64,000 nucleotides of DNA. It comes from Candidatus Daviesbacteria bacterium. Its GTDB lineage: Bacteria; Patescibacteriota; Microgenomatia; Daviesbacterales; UBA10151. A model generated the notes under the pieces. That model was not told the origin of the DNA. It saw only the letters and a program-made list of their open reading frames with translations, and did not search any database. This document shows, in pieces, positions 35,247-44,293 of this stretch; position 1 is the stretch's first letter; each line of letters starts with the position of its first letter. A program made the translations under genes and the position numbers. The stretch lies in NCBI GenBank assembly GCA_016184225.1, contig JACPDA010000004.1:602763-666762 (forward strand). The letters are read 5' to 3'.

Positions 35247-36935
35247 ATGTGGGTAAAAATACTCCTTTTATTTTTTGTTTTTTCTTTCCTTTTCCGGACT
35301 GATGATTCATTTAACCAGGACCTAGGCAGGCATCTTAAACTGGGGGAAATTATCCTCCAAACTAAAAATATTCCCCTGACTAACCTTTTCTCCTATACCT
35401 ATCCGGATTACCCATTTATTAACAGCCACTGGTTATTTGAAGTTCTAGTTTATCTGGGCCGGCAGACAATTGGCCTACCGGCACTACTTTTTTTAAAAGT
35501 AGCCATTATTTTACTGGCTGTCTGGCTGGTTTTAAAAACTATACCCAAAAACCAATATTTGCTTTTACCTGTGGGTTTTCTTTTTCTGCATACCTTAAGG
35601 GAGCGGCCGGACCTTAGACCGGAAGTCCTAAGTTTTCTCTTTACCGGGCTGACTGTTTATATTTTAAGTAAATTTGATCAGGCAAAAAGCAAGCTAATCT
35701 TTTTTTTGCCGGTTATCCAACTCGTCTGGGTCAATAGCCATATCTATTTTATGTTAGGCTTGTTTCTACAGGCTATTTATCTGATCCACCTGGGGTACCA
35801 ATACTCACGATTACACCCCAAGGGTGTAAAGCTGAAAATGCTGGGGATAATTTTCTTATTATCGGTTACAGCCAGTTTAATCAATCCCAGCGGCCTCAAA
35901 GGCTTCCTAAACCCCCTGACTTTTAATCAAAACTACGGCTATACCATTGTGGAAAACCAGACCATGTTTCTTTTGGAAAGCATTAACTTCCGGGACCCTA
36001 ATTTTTTGTTTGTCAAGATTGCCATAGCCATTATTTTACTTTCAGTTTTTGTAGCCCTATTCAAGAAAGGATTAACAATAAAGAATCTGGGTCTGGCCGG
36101 TCTAGGCATGGCGTTGGCTTTAATGAATGTCAGGAGCTTTCCTTATTTGGCTTTAATCTCACTTCCGCCGGTGCTGGAAAATTTTGGAACTTTCCGTTCC
36201 GCCGGCCTGCCTAAAATGCTGATTTGGGTGACAGTACCGCTGCTGCTTTTGGAAAGCTTTTTTTACCTAAACGGGGATTATTATAAATATACCGGCAGCG
36301 CGACCAGGCCGCTGCTTCAATTTGAAGAAAATGGTAAAGGCGCCCTGGATTTTGTTTTAAGAAATAATTTGCCCCAGCCGATTTTTAATAATTTTGACAT
36401 CGGCAGTTACATTACCTACCGGGGGTGGCCTGCCTCGCCGCAAGGCGGGCCAAAATACCGGATCTTTGTGGACGGCAGGCCAGGGGAGTACCCTAAGGAA
36501 TTTTTTCAGCAAATTTATATCCCTGCCCAATATGAGCCGCAGAAATTTGCCGAACTTGACCAAAAATTCGGATTTAAAACCATTATTTTTTCGATAACCG
36601 ACCAGACCCCCTGGGGACAGGCATTTTTGGCCTCAATAGTTAAAAACCCTCAGTGGAAAACAGTGTACCTGGATCACTTTATAATAGTGCTTATAAAAAG
36701 TGAGCTAGCCCTGCAGGACGAGGCCCGGGAGCCTATTAACCTGGCCAAGTTGAATCCGGCTGATTATAACCTTGACTTTTACCTACAATATCTCAGGTTA
36801 TCATTGTTTCTAGCCCAGGTGGGCTATCCGGAAGCAGCCCAAAAATTTGCCAGGGCCGGGTTGCTACTTTTCCCCCAAAGCCCGCTTGGAAATGCCCTGT
36901 TCGGAATTGAAGTCAGGAATAATTACTTCTGGTGA
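35247..36935 (+). CDS. large polytopic membrane protein (GT-C-like glycosyltransferase?)
   Basis: At least 10 TM helices and a C-terminal TPR-like soluble domain. Contains an in-frame REP-like hairpin at 35808-35834. Confidence 0.35.
   Translation: MWVKILLLFFVFSFLFRTDDSFNQDLGRHLKLGEIILQTKNIPLTNLFSYTYPDYPFINSHWLFEVLVYLGRQTIGLPALLFLKVAIILLAVWLVLKTIPKNQYLLLPVGFLFLHTLRERPDLRPEVLSFLFTGLTVYILSKFDQAKSKLIFFLPVIQLVWVNSHIYFMLGLFLQAIYLIHLGYQYSRLHPKGVKLKMLGIIFLLSVTASLINPSGLKGFLNPLTFNQNYGYTIVENQTMFLLESINFRDPNFLFVKIAIAIILLSVFVALFKKGLTIKNLGLAGLGMALALMNVRSFPYLALISLPPVLENFGTFRSAGLPKMLIWVTVPLLLLESFFYLNGDYYKYTGSATRPLLQFEENGKGALDFVLRNNLPQPIFNNFDIGSYITYRGWPASPQGGPKYRIFVDGRPGEYPKEFFQQIYIPAQYEPQKFAELDQKFGFKTIIFSITDQTPWGQAFLASIVKNPQWKTVYLDHFIIVLIKSELALQDEAREPINLAKLNPADYNLDFYLQYLRLSLFLAQVGYPEAAQKFARAGLLLFPQSPLGNALFGIEVRNNYFW
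35808..35834. repeat. REP-like hairpin CGATTACACCCCAAGGGTGTAAAGCTG inside a CDS
   Basis: Family member in frame, encoding SRLHPKGVKL. Confidence 0.65.
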
Positions 36936-36940
36936 TATTC

Positions 36941-36992
36941 CCTACGGTGTGTGGGTATCCCACACCAGGGGTGGGTTAGGTTGACACCGTAC
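36941..36992. repeat. REP-like element in reverse orientation between convergent genes
   Basis: GTGTGGGTATCCCACAC hairpin plus GGTGGGTTAGGTTGACACC, the reverse complement of GGTGTCAACCTAA. Confidence 0.6.
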
Positions 36993-36995
36993 TTC

Positions 36996-37913
36996 TCAAA
37001 CTAGAGCTTTCCTGGATTTTAGGAAGAAATAACCTACCACTATGGACGTTACTACCGGGGAAACCCAGAAGGGAACCTCCCAGCCAAAGCTATCCAAAAG
37101 CATAATGGCCCCCAGGAAAAAGATGGAATACATGGCGCCGTTTTTAAGAAAGATATAACGCTTGATCCTATCTATACTTGAAACAGTTAACTGCCTAACA
37201 ACCAACGCGCCTATACCGTTCCCCAACAAAATTAAGGGCACAGACAGGGTAAAAGCAAAAGCCCCCACCACCCCGTCTACGGAAAAGGTGGCATCGATTA
37301 CTTCCAGGTACAAAATCTTGCTCATGTCAGATAGGCTGGAACCCCCTTTGTGAAGCATCTGTTCCTCAGCCTGCCTGGCATTTTCCTTAAACCCGTGGGT
37401 GATAAAAAAGGCAGTTGAACCAACCACTGCTCCAAAAGCCATCAACGGGTCTTTTTGTATCGCCAGCCAAACAATGACTGCCAAAATTATGGAAATCACC
37501 GCATAAAACCAGACACCCTGCCGCTGGAAAAAACGCTCACCCCGCAGGCCAAAATTTTTCGGTTCCAAAAACAGCCAGTGGAAAAATAAAAAGACTAAAA
37601 AAATGCCTCCTCCGGACAGCAGGATATGCTTGGAGCTTTCAATCGCCTCTGCCACAGCCGGATCAGAACTTAAGGCGGCTGTAAAAGAACCAATCGGCCC
37701 TAAGCCTGGATTAACCCCCCAAACTATGGCCCAAGGTAGCGCTCCCCGAAGCAGGAAAACCGCAATCAACAGTCCCCAGAGCAAAAACCACCTTCTGGCC
37801 CGCCGGGACATGGTCGAAAGGACTTCGGCATTAATAACCGCATTATCAATAGAAGAGACTGTTTCAAAAAGGATTAAGCCTGAAACTATTATTAGGATTG
37901 ATAAAATATCCAT
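36996..37913 (-). CDS. TerC/DUF475-family integral membrane protein
   Basis: FETVSSIDNAVINAEVL motif and multi-TM layout. Confidence 0.5.
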   Translation of the reverse strand: MDILSILIIVSGLILFETVSSIDNAVINAEVLSTMSRRARRWFLLWGLLIAVFLLRGALPWAIVWGVNPGLGPIGSFTAALSSDPAVAEAIESSKHILLSGGGIFLVFLFFHWLFLEPKNFGLRGERFFQRQGVWFYAVISIILAVIVWLAIQKDPLMAFGAVVGSTAFFITHGFKENARQAEEQMLHKGGSSLSDMSKILYLEVIDATFSVDGVVGAFAFTLSVPLILLGNGIGALVVRQLTVSSIDRIKRYIFLKNGAMYSIFFLGAIMLLDSFGWEVPFWVSPVVTSIVVGYFFLKSRKALV

Positions 37914-37956
37914 ATTTAATTAAAATACATTAGTACAATTTAAGCTACAACACAAC

Positions 37957-39243
37957 ATGTCCAAAATCGTAACCCAAAAATTATCAGGTAAGTTACTCGT
38001 CCTGGTAATAGTTTTTGCCATCGGTTTAGGTCTTGGCCGGGAATATTCCACTAGAAATTCCGCTATACAACAAACTGAAAAAGATACCCCCAAAGTTTTT
38101 GTCTCGGAAATCTATGACAAAATTAAGGAGAATTATTGGAACAATATCTCGGACGGCGAGCTGCTGGACCTTTTTAAAATATCCATGGATAAAAATGGAG
38201 GCAATGTTGCTGTGGCAAAATTTGAAAATAAGGATAAATTCCTGGCAGCTGTGGATAAAATAACAGCAGGCATGAACGAGGAGCAAAAAAATAGATTCAT
38301 TATCACTGTTGCCGGTTCTGTTATAAGCTCTTTGGCTCCTGCCGGAAGATCCGGGTTATATACCCAAAAACAAGAAGAGCAGCTTAAAAATACCGTTTCG
38401 AACATTAATCCGGAGAAGGATTTATACAAGGATCTGGGACTTGCCAAAGGAGCCTCCGGCGCTGCTGTTGCCGAAGCTTATCAAAAGAAAGCGGCGGAAC
38501 TGTCCTTAGATAAATCACCTGAGGCAAAAGAAAAACTTAAAACGATCACTTATGCAAAAGATACGCTAACCCAAAAGGATACCAAGGAGAGATATGATAC
38601 AAACCAGGTTGAGCCTACCCTTTTTAACAAAGTTATAGCACCCGGGATTTTGTATGTCCAGTTTAAGAAATTCTCTCCCACCTCTTTAGATGAATTCCAA
38701 AAGGCCTTCGAGTCCTACAAGGATAATCCGGGTTTAAATGCTTTAATTTTTGACCTGAGGGGTAATATCGGCGGCGCCATAGATGCCACAGCATACTTTT
38801 TGGGTTTTTTCTTAGGTAAGGGTCAATATGCCTTTGATTTCTACCACAAGGGGGAATACCTACCGTTTAAAACAGCCACTGACAAGCTACCCAGCCTGAC
38901 CAAATATAAACAAGTGGTGGTATTGGTAGACCAGAATTCCCAATCCTCTGCCGAGATGATGGCGGCTGCCTTAAAAAAATACCATGTAGGTGTAGTTGTG
39001 GGTGTTCCCACTAAAGGCTGGGGGACAGTGGAACGGGTTTTTCCCCTTGTAACCCAAATCAGTAAGAAGGAAAAATATTCCATATTTTTGGTCCATTCCA
39101 TAACTTTGCGGGATGATAACTTACCCATTGAAGGCAGGGGAGTGGATCCGGATGTTAAAATTACAGACTCAAATTGGACTACTCAACTACTCTTGTATTT
39201 CAATAACCCAACTTTAGTCGAAACCGTCAAATCAGTACTGTAA
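37957..39243 (+). CDS. S41-family C-terminal processing peptidase-like protein with an internal degenerate J-domain-like segment
   Basis: VVLVDQNSQSSAEMMAAALKK..GVPTKGWG matches the S41 Ser/Lys catalytic block. DLYKDLGLAKGAS..AYQKKAAELSLDKSPEAKEKL..YD resembles a J-domain without HPD. Confidence 0.55.
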   Translation: MSKIVTQKLSGKLLVLVIVFAIGLGLGREYSTRNSAIQQTEKDTPKVFVSEIYDKIKENYWNNISDGELLDLFKISMDKNGGNVAVAKFENKDKFLAAVDKITAGMNEEQKNRFIITVAGSVISSLAPAGRSGLYTQKQEEQLKNTVSNINPEKDLYKDLGLAKGASGAAVAEAYQKKAAELSLDKSPEAKEKLKTITYAKDTLTQKDTKERYDTNQVEPTLFNKVIAPGILYVQFKKFSPTSLDEFQKAFESYKDNPGLNALIFDLRGNIGGAIDATAYFLGFFLGKGQYAFDFYHKGEYLPFKTATDKLPSLTKYKQVVVLVDQNSQSSAEMMAAALKKYHVGVVVGVPTKGWGTVERVFPLVTQISKKEKYSIFLVHSITLRDDNLPIEGRGVDPDVKITDSNWTTQLLLYFNNPTLVETVKSVL

Positions 39244-39264
39244 AAAGGGGTATAATTAGCACCT

Positions 39265-40413
39265 ATGTCTCTAAAGTTAGCCGGTGTTATCCTAGGAATT
39301 ATTGTTTTAATCGGGGCAGCGCTTACCCTTTCCGGCAGGTTTAATCCTCAAAATCCCTCTGAAAACGGGACGGTTTGCACACAGGATGTCGAGCTTTGCC
39401 CGGATGGATCATATGTCGGAAGAGTTCCCCCTGATTGTAAATTTGCACAGTGCCCCAAAGAAAACAATTCTGCCCGCTTTTCCGTAGTAGCGGAAAATCT
39501 GGAAATTCCCTGGGCTTTGGCTTTCCTGCCGGACGACAGGATGCTGGTGACTGAAAGACCGGGCAGGGTCCGAATGGTTGACCAAAATGGAAACATTACA
39601 CTAATTGCAACCATTACCTCTGTAAAACACATCGGTGAGGGTGGGCTTTTGGGAATAGCTGTTCATCCGGATTTTGAGAAAAATAGATTTATCTACCTTT
39701 ACTATACATTTTCCGGCAGCGGAGATAACAGTTTAAACAGAGTGGCGAGGTATAAAATGGAAAACGATCAGTTGGTTCGGGAGCAGATTATTGTCAACAA
39801 CATTCCCGGTGCTTCAAACCATAACGGAGGCAGAATAAAATTCGGGCCGGACAGACTGTTGTATATTACTACCGGAGATGCAGGGAACCCTTCCCAGGCT
39901 CAGGATAAAAATTCTTTGGCAGGGAAAATTTTAAGGGTCACGCATGAAGGGAAGGTGGAGGTTTACTCATACGGGCATAGAAACCCTCAGGGTTTGGCTT
40001 GGGATAGTTCTGGCAGACTTTGGGCCACTGAGCATGGGCCGTCGACTAAAGATGAACTTAATGCAATTGAGATAGGAAAAAATTATGGCTGGCCAACTAT
40101 TCAGGGAGATGAAAAAAGAGATGGTTTAGAAACTCCGGTGATAAATTCCGGCTCCGGTACCTGGGCTCCGGCAGGGGCAGCGTTTTTGAATGGAAAAATC
40201 TATTTTGGGGCCTTAAGGGGTGAGGTACTTTTTCAATATGACATCTCCACGGGAACTCTGAAAGAACAATTTAAAGGACAGTTTGGAAGAATTCGTGACG
40301 TAGTTTTGGGCCCGGATAATTTCCTCTATATTACCACCAGCAACCGTGACGGCAGGGGAGCGGTTCAGGCGGGAGACGATAAAATCATCAGAATCGATCC
40401 TCAAAAAATATGA
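39265..40413 (+). CDS. PQQ-dependent sugar dehydrogenase (soluble glucose/sorbosone dehydrogenase family)
   Basis: PWALAFLPDDRMLVTERPGRV, LLGIAVHPDF and repeated beta-propeller blades typical of GSDH. Confidence 0.55.
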   Translation: MSLKLAGVILGIIVLIGAALTLSGRFNPQNPSENGTVCTQDVELCPDGSYVGRVPPDCKFAQCPKENNSARFSVVAENLEIPWALAFLPDDRMLVTERPGRVRMVDQNGNITLIATITSVKHIGEGGLLGIAVHPDFEKNRFIYLYYTFSGSGDNSLNRVARYKMENDQLVREQIIVNNIPGASNHNGGRIKFGPDRLLYITTGDAGNPSQAQDKNSLAGKILRVTHEGKVEVYSYGHRNPQGLAWDSSGRLWATEHGPSTKDELNAIEIGKNYGWPTIQGDEKRDGLETPVINSGSGTWAPAGAAFLNGKIYFGALRGEVLFQYDISTGTLKEQFKGQFGRIRDVVLGPDNFLYITTSNRDGRGAVQAGDDKIIRIDPQKI

Positions 40414-41453
40414 CTTTCAGCAAAAAGCTAATCATTGGTTCAGTGATATTTTTAGCTTTAGTGGTTTTGGGGATAGTGTTTGTCAGAACTTCTGGTAATA
40501 GCCCCTCTCTGGCAAACCCTGGGAATGTTGATAAATCGCCACAGCAAACGGAAACTCATCCCCTGCAAATTGCTGAGATGAGGAAAAAGGAATATCCGGG
40601 CAGTGAAATCACTATTGAAAAGGAGCTTGGATTCGGGAGTAACTACAAACAATACCTTGCATCGTATAGATCCGAGGGTTTAAAAGTTTATGCGCTTTTG
40701 ACTGTACCCCAGGAGGACCTGCCGAGTGGCGGGTGGCCGGTGATTATATTTAACCATGGTTATATCCCCCCGGCGCAGTATTCAACAACAGGGCGGTACA
40801 ATGCGTACACCGATGCTTTTTCCCGAAACGGTTATATTGTTTTTAAGCCGGACTACCGTGGGCATGGGGATTCGGAAGGCAATCCCGAAGGGGCATATTA
40901 TTCAACTGCTTACACCACAGATGTACTAAATGCAGTTGCCTCTGTCAAAAAATACCCCAGTGTAAATCCGGACAAGATCGGCATGTGGGGACACTCAATG
41001 GGAGGAAGTATCACTTTGCGTTCGATGGTAGTGACCAAGGATATTAAAGCCGGGGTGATTTGGGCCGGGGTGGTAGCATCATACGAGGATATGATAAAAA
41101 ACTGGAGAAGAGCCAGACCATTTATGCTATCCGAAAGCGAACGGGCTTTCAGAAGGCCTGGCAGGCAGGCGCTAATTGATACGTACGGAGACCCTGACAA
41201 AAATCCGCAATTTTGGCAGTCAATTTCACCGATTGCTTTTGTTAAAGATATTTCCGGACCCTTACAACTTCACCACGGGACTTCGGATCAGGAGGTGCCA
41301 TTACTTTTTAGTGAAAGGTTAAATGAGGCTGTGAAAGCTGCAGGGCAAAGTGTGGAGTTTTTTACTTACGAAGGTGATGACCATAACCTGTCCGGAAATT
41401 TATCTTTAGCCTTAAACCGCTCAGTGGAATTTTTTGATAAATATCTCAAATAG
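40410..41453 (+). CDS. alpha/beta hydrolase (S9/dienelactone hydrolase-like)
   Basis: GHSMGG nucleophile elbow, with Asp/His downstream. Confidence 0.55.
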   Translation: MTFSKKLIIGSVIFLALVVLGIVFVRTSGNSPSLANPGNVDKSPQQTETHPLQIAEMRKKEYPGSEITIEKELGFGSNYKQYLASYRSEGLKVYALLTVPQEDLPSGGWPVIIFNHGYIPPAQYSTTGRYNAYTDAFSRNGYIVFKPDYRGHGDSEGNPEGAYYSTAYTTDVLNAVASVKKYPSVNPDKIGMWGHSMGGSITLRSMVVTKDIKAGVIWAGVVASYEDMIKNWRRARPFMLSESERAFRRPGRQALIDTYGDPDKNPQFWQSISPIAFVKDISGPLQLHHGTSDQEVPLLFSERLNEAVKAAGQSVEFFTYEGDDHNLSGNLSLALNRSVEFFDKYLK

Positions 41454-41491
41454 GAATAGCTAATTTATACTATCCGTAGTATATTATTTCC

Positions 41492-43156
41492 GTGAGAAAG
41501 ACTACATTAATCCTAGGCTTAATTATTTTAATTTCCGCTTTTCTTCGCTTTTATCAGATTGACAAAAATCCCCGGGCCATGTACGGAGACAGCTTAACCG
41601 GAGTTTATGATGCATATTCAATCCTAAAAACCGGCCATGACCAAAAAGGAAATTTCCTGCCTCTGGTTTTTTCGCTGGGTGGAGGCAGGCCAGGGGGTTA
41701 TATCTATGCCAGCGCCCCTTTCGTGGCCATATTTGGCCCCAATGCCCTGGCATCCCGAATGGTTTCAGTGTTATCCGGCATAGGCATAGTCATTCTGCTT
41801 TACCTACTGGGCAAGAAGCTGCTTTCCGAAAAGGCTGGCCTGGCCATAGCTGGAGTAGCTGCCATAAACCCCTGGGAGCTTAGTTTAAGCAGGGGGCCAT
41901 TTGAAAGTCATTTTGCTTTATTTTTAACCTTACTGGGAGTATATTCCTTTTCCCGGGGTTTCAAAAACAATTTTTGGTTTATCCTGTTCGGTCTGTCTTT
42001 TGGACTGGCTTCCCAAACATATTCAACATACCGGCTGACAATCCCGTTACTGACTGCCTTATTGTTATTTTTTTATCTTCCCACATCCGATGTGGGAACA
42101 CGTTTTAAGGTTATGAATTACCTGAAAAAACCTGTCCTTTTTGTCTCTATAATTTTTATACTGGTTTCTACGCTTTTAAGCGTTTACTCAACAGTCAGCC
42201 GGGGGAGCGAGGACAGGTTCGGTATTATTAATATCTTCCAGAACCAGGATATCCGCACTGCCATTTCCCAAAAAATAAGGAATGAAAGATCGCTTGACAG
42301 TCTGCCCCCGGCTATTTCAAACCCTCTCCATACCCCTCATCTGGAACTGGCTGGTATTGTGGCTCTAAATTACATTCAAAATTTCCTGCCGGACTTTCTG
42401 TTTTTGCATGGAGACGGCCAGGTCAGACACAACCCGGCTGAGATGGGAGGATTTTTCTGGGTAGATATCCTCTTTTTAATCATCGGGTTGGTTTACCTAT
42501 ATAAATCAGATAAAAAATTGTTGGCATATCTTTTCGGATGGATTCTTATTGCCCCCAGTGCTACCGGCCTGGTGGGCGGGCCGCACGCTTTAAGAAGCTC
42601 ACTGCTTCTGCCTCCGCTTTTGATCTTAACAGGCATCGGCCTCTCTAGATTATTAAGTATTAAAAACAAGTTCTCCCCGGTAATCATTGCATTACTGGCT
42701 ACTTTATTTTTAATCCAGTTTGTTTATCTTGTGGACAGGTTTTACTTTGTGGCCCCCCAAAAAAATGCCCGCTTTTGGTCTTATCCGGCAAAAGAGGCAG
42801 TAACTTTAGCTTTAAAAAACCAGCAAAAATTTGATTACATAATCTTATCCAATGACATAGATAATATGGAGTTTGCATATCCGGCTTATGCAAAATTGGA
42901 CCCGATCCTGGTCATCAGGCAAAACCAACATCCTGCCACATTAGGGGAGTTTAAATTCTTTAAGTATGATAATGTTTATATCGGCTCACTCCCTAATACC
43001 CGGGTAGCAGAGTTTATTAAGAATCTGCCGGGTTCGGTTTTGTATATCGGCTCTGACAAAGAACAGCAATTTTTAGAAAATTACAGTCTCATCAGGGGTT
43101 TTGATACCTTACCGGATTTGGTAGTTACGGCCACCAAGGTCGAGCCGGAACTATAG
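41492..43156 (+). CDS. GT39/GT83-like membrane glycosyltransferase (ArnT/PMT family)
   Basis: N-terminal YGDSLTGVYDAYS loop motif and polytopic layout. Confidence 0.5.
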   Translation: MRKTTLILGLIILISAFLRFYQIDKNPRAMYGDSLTGVYDAYSILKTGHDQKGNFLPLVFSLGGGRPGGYIYASAPFVAIFGPNALASRMVSVLSGIGIVILLYLLGKKLLSEKAGLAIAGVAAINPWELSLSRGPFESHFALFLTLLGVYSFSRGFKNNFWFILFGLSFGLASQTYSTYRLTIPLLTALLLFFYLPTSDVGTRFKVMNYLKKPVLFVSIIFILVSTLLSVYSTVSRGSEDRFGIINIFQNQDIRTAISQKIRNERSLDSLPPAISNPLHTPHLELAGIVALNYIQNFLPDFLFLHGDGQVRHNPAEMGGFFWVDILFLIIGLVYLYKSDKKLLAYLFGWILIAPSATGLVGGPHALRSSLLLPPLLILTGIGLSRLLSIKNKFSPVIIALLATLFLIQFVYLVDRFYFVAPQKNARFWSYPAKEAVTLALKNQQKFDYIILSNDIDNMEFAYPAYAKLDPILVIRQNQHPATLGEFKFFKYDNVYIGSLPNTRVAEFIKNLPGSVLYIGSDKEQQFLENYSLIRGFDTLPDLVVTATKVEPEL

Positions 43157-43186
43157 TAGAATTCTTATCCCGTGAAGTCTTAATTT

Positions 43187-43995
43187 AGGTTTACACCCGG
43201 AGGGTGGTATAGCTTTACACCTGTTCTTTCATTCATTAAAATATCATTCAAAAGTTAGATGCTTGATAGCTTCCAACTGTTTCCCATAGTCTATTTGATT
43301 ATTAACAAATTCCTGATAGGCTTTTATTGTTTTGAACATGCTCAAAATTAAATCTGTCTGCGATATTTCCAGGTTGGATAAAGATAAATATTCCGGATAG
43401 GATGACCACTGATAACTCTCCAGCTTATCATCCGGTATCACACCGGAAGCCACCGGGTTTAGGTGGATGTACCTGGAGACATGAACCAGCTGCTCATCAC
43501 TTTCAATATGAACCGCCTTAAAAACACCCTCAAATAAGGGCCCTGTTCTTTCATATTTGGTATTAAAATATTTAGTATAAGCGTTTGTAATATTGGAGAT
43601 AAAAGAGGAGATCCCTTTATCTGTGTTTTGTTTAAGCATAAAATGGAAATGGTTGGGCATCAGGCAGTAACTTAGGATATCTACCGCTCTTTCACTCTTA
43701 TAAAGAGCAGCCAGTAACTTCTCTCTGATCTCTTCAGGTTGCTGGATAACCTGGGAAAACCTGACCGGGATATCCTTGTGCCTATAGAATTTGACCAGCT
43801 TCTGCATCCTTTCAAATTCTCTTTTTTCCGTAAATGTAGTCCTTCTTTCTATTCCTCTATTAAATATATGATAGATCTCGCCCTCTCGAAACACCAACTT
43901 TCTAAGTGTGGCCATAAATATATCTTAAACATAATAGAGAAAGGGTGTCAACCTAAAACACCCGGAGGGTGTATGGGTGGGTGTATGGGTAATAG
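43187..43995 (-). mobile_element. IS200-like insertion sequence (about 810 bp) with subterminal hairpins
   Basis: TTTACACCCGGAGGGTGGTA at 43191-43210 and GGGTGTCAACCTAAAACACCCGGAGGGTGTATGG at 43949-43982 flank a single Y1 transposase gene in the same orientation. Confidence 0.55.
43244..43915 (-). CDS. tnpA: IS200/RAYT-like Y1 tyrosine transposase
   Basis: YCLMPNHFHFML HuH motif and the downstream catalytic Tyr region (VSRYIHLNPV). Strong similarity to the 18624..19298 paralog. Confidence 0.75.
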   Translation of the reverse strand: MATLRKLVFREGEIYHIFNRGIERRTTFTEKREFERMQKLVKFYRHKDIPVRFSQVIQQPEEIREKLLAALYKSERAVDILSYCLMPNHFHFMLKQNTDKGISSFISNITNAYTKYFNTKYERTGPLFEGVFKAVHIESDEQLVHVSRYIHLNPVASGVIPDDKLESYQWSSYPEYLSLSNLEISQTDLILSMFKTIKAYQEFVNNQIDYGKQLEAIKHLTFE

Positions 43996-44089
43996 TAATA
44001 ATTCAGAAAACAGCATTTACAATTCAGGCTTTTTAGCTAAAATTAATAAGGACTGGAAAAAGGGGGAAGTCTATGATAAGTTAGGATGC

Positions 44090-44293
44090 ATGAAACGAGC
44101 TGTTTACCTCGGATTTTTAATTCTTTTATTTCCCAAACCGGCACATGCTTATCTTGATCCCGGAACTGGCAGCTATCTTCTGCAGATTTTAGCGGCCGGC
44201 CTGCTATCCTCTCTTTTTTTCTTTAGGAACAGGGGGAGAAGACTAAAAAACTTAATTCTAAAAATATTCGGAAAGGACAAAAAGGAATCTTGA
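44090..44293 (+). CDS. small membrane protein (AYLDPGTGSYLLQ motif)
   Basis: In-frame ATG at 44090 lies downstream of the IS. The longer ORF from 43739 overlaps tnpA antisense and is probably spurious. Confidence 0.35.
   Translation: MKRAVYLGFLILLFPKPAHAYLDPGTGSYLLQILAAGLLSSLFFFRNRGRRLKNLILKIFGKDKKES

Noticed and set aside
43739-44089. 5' two-thirds of ORF 43739..44293
   Set aside because: Antisense overlap with the transposase and the IS end. Only the downstream in-frame part from the ATG at 44090 looks like a real small membrane protein.
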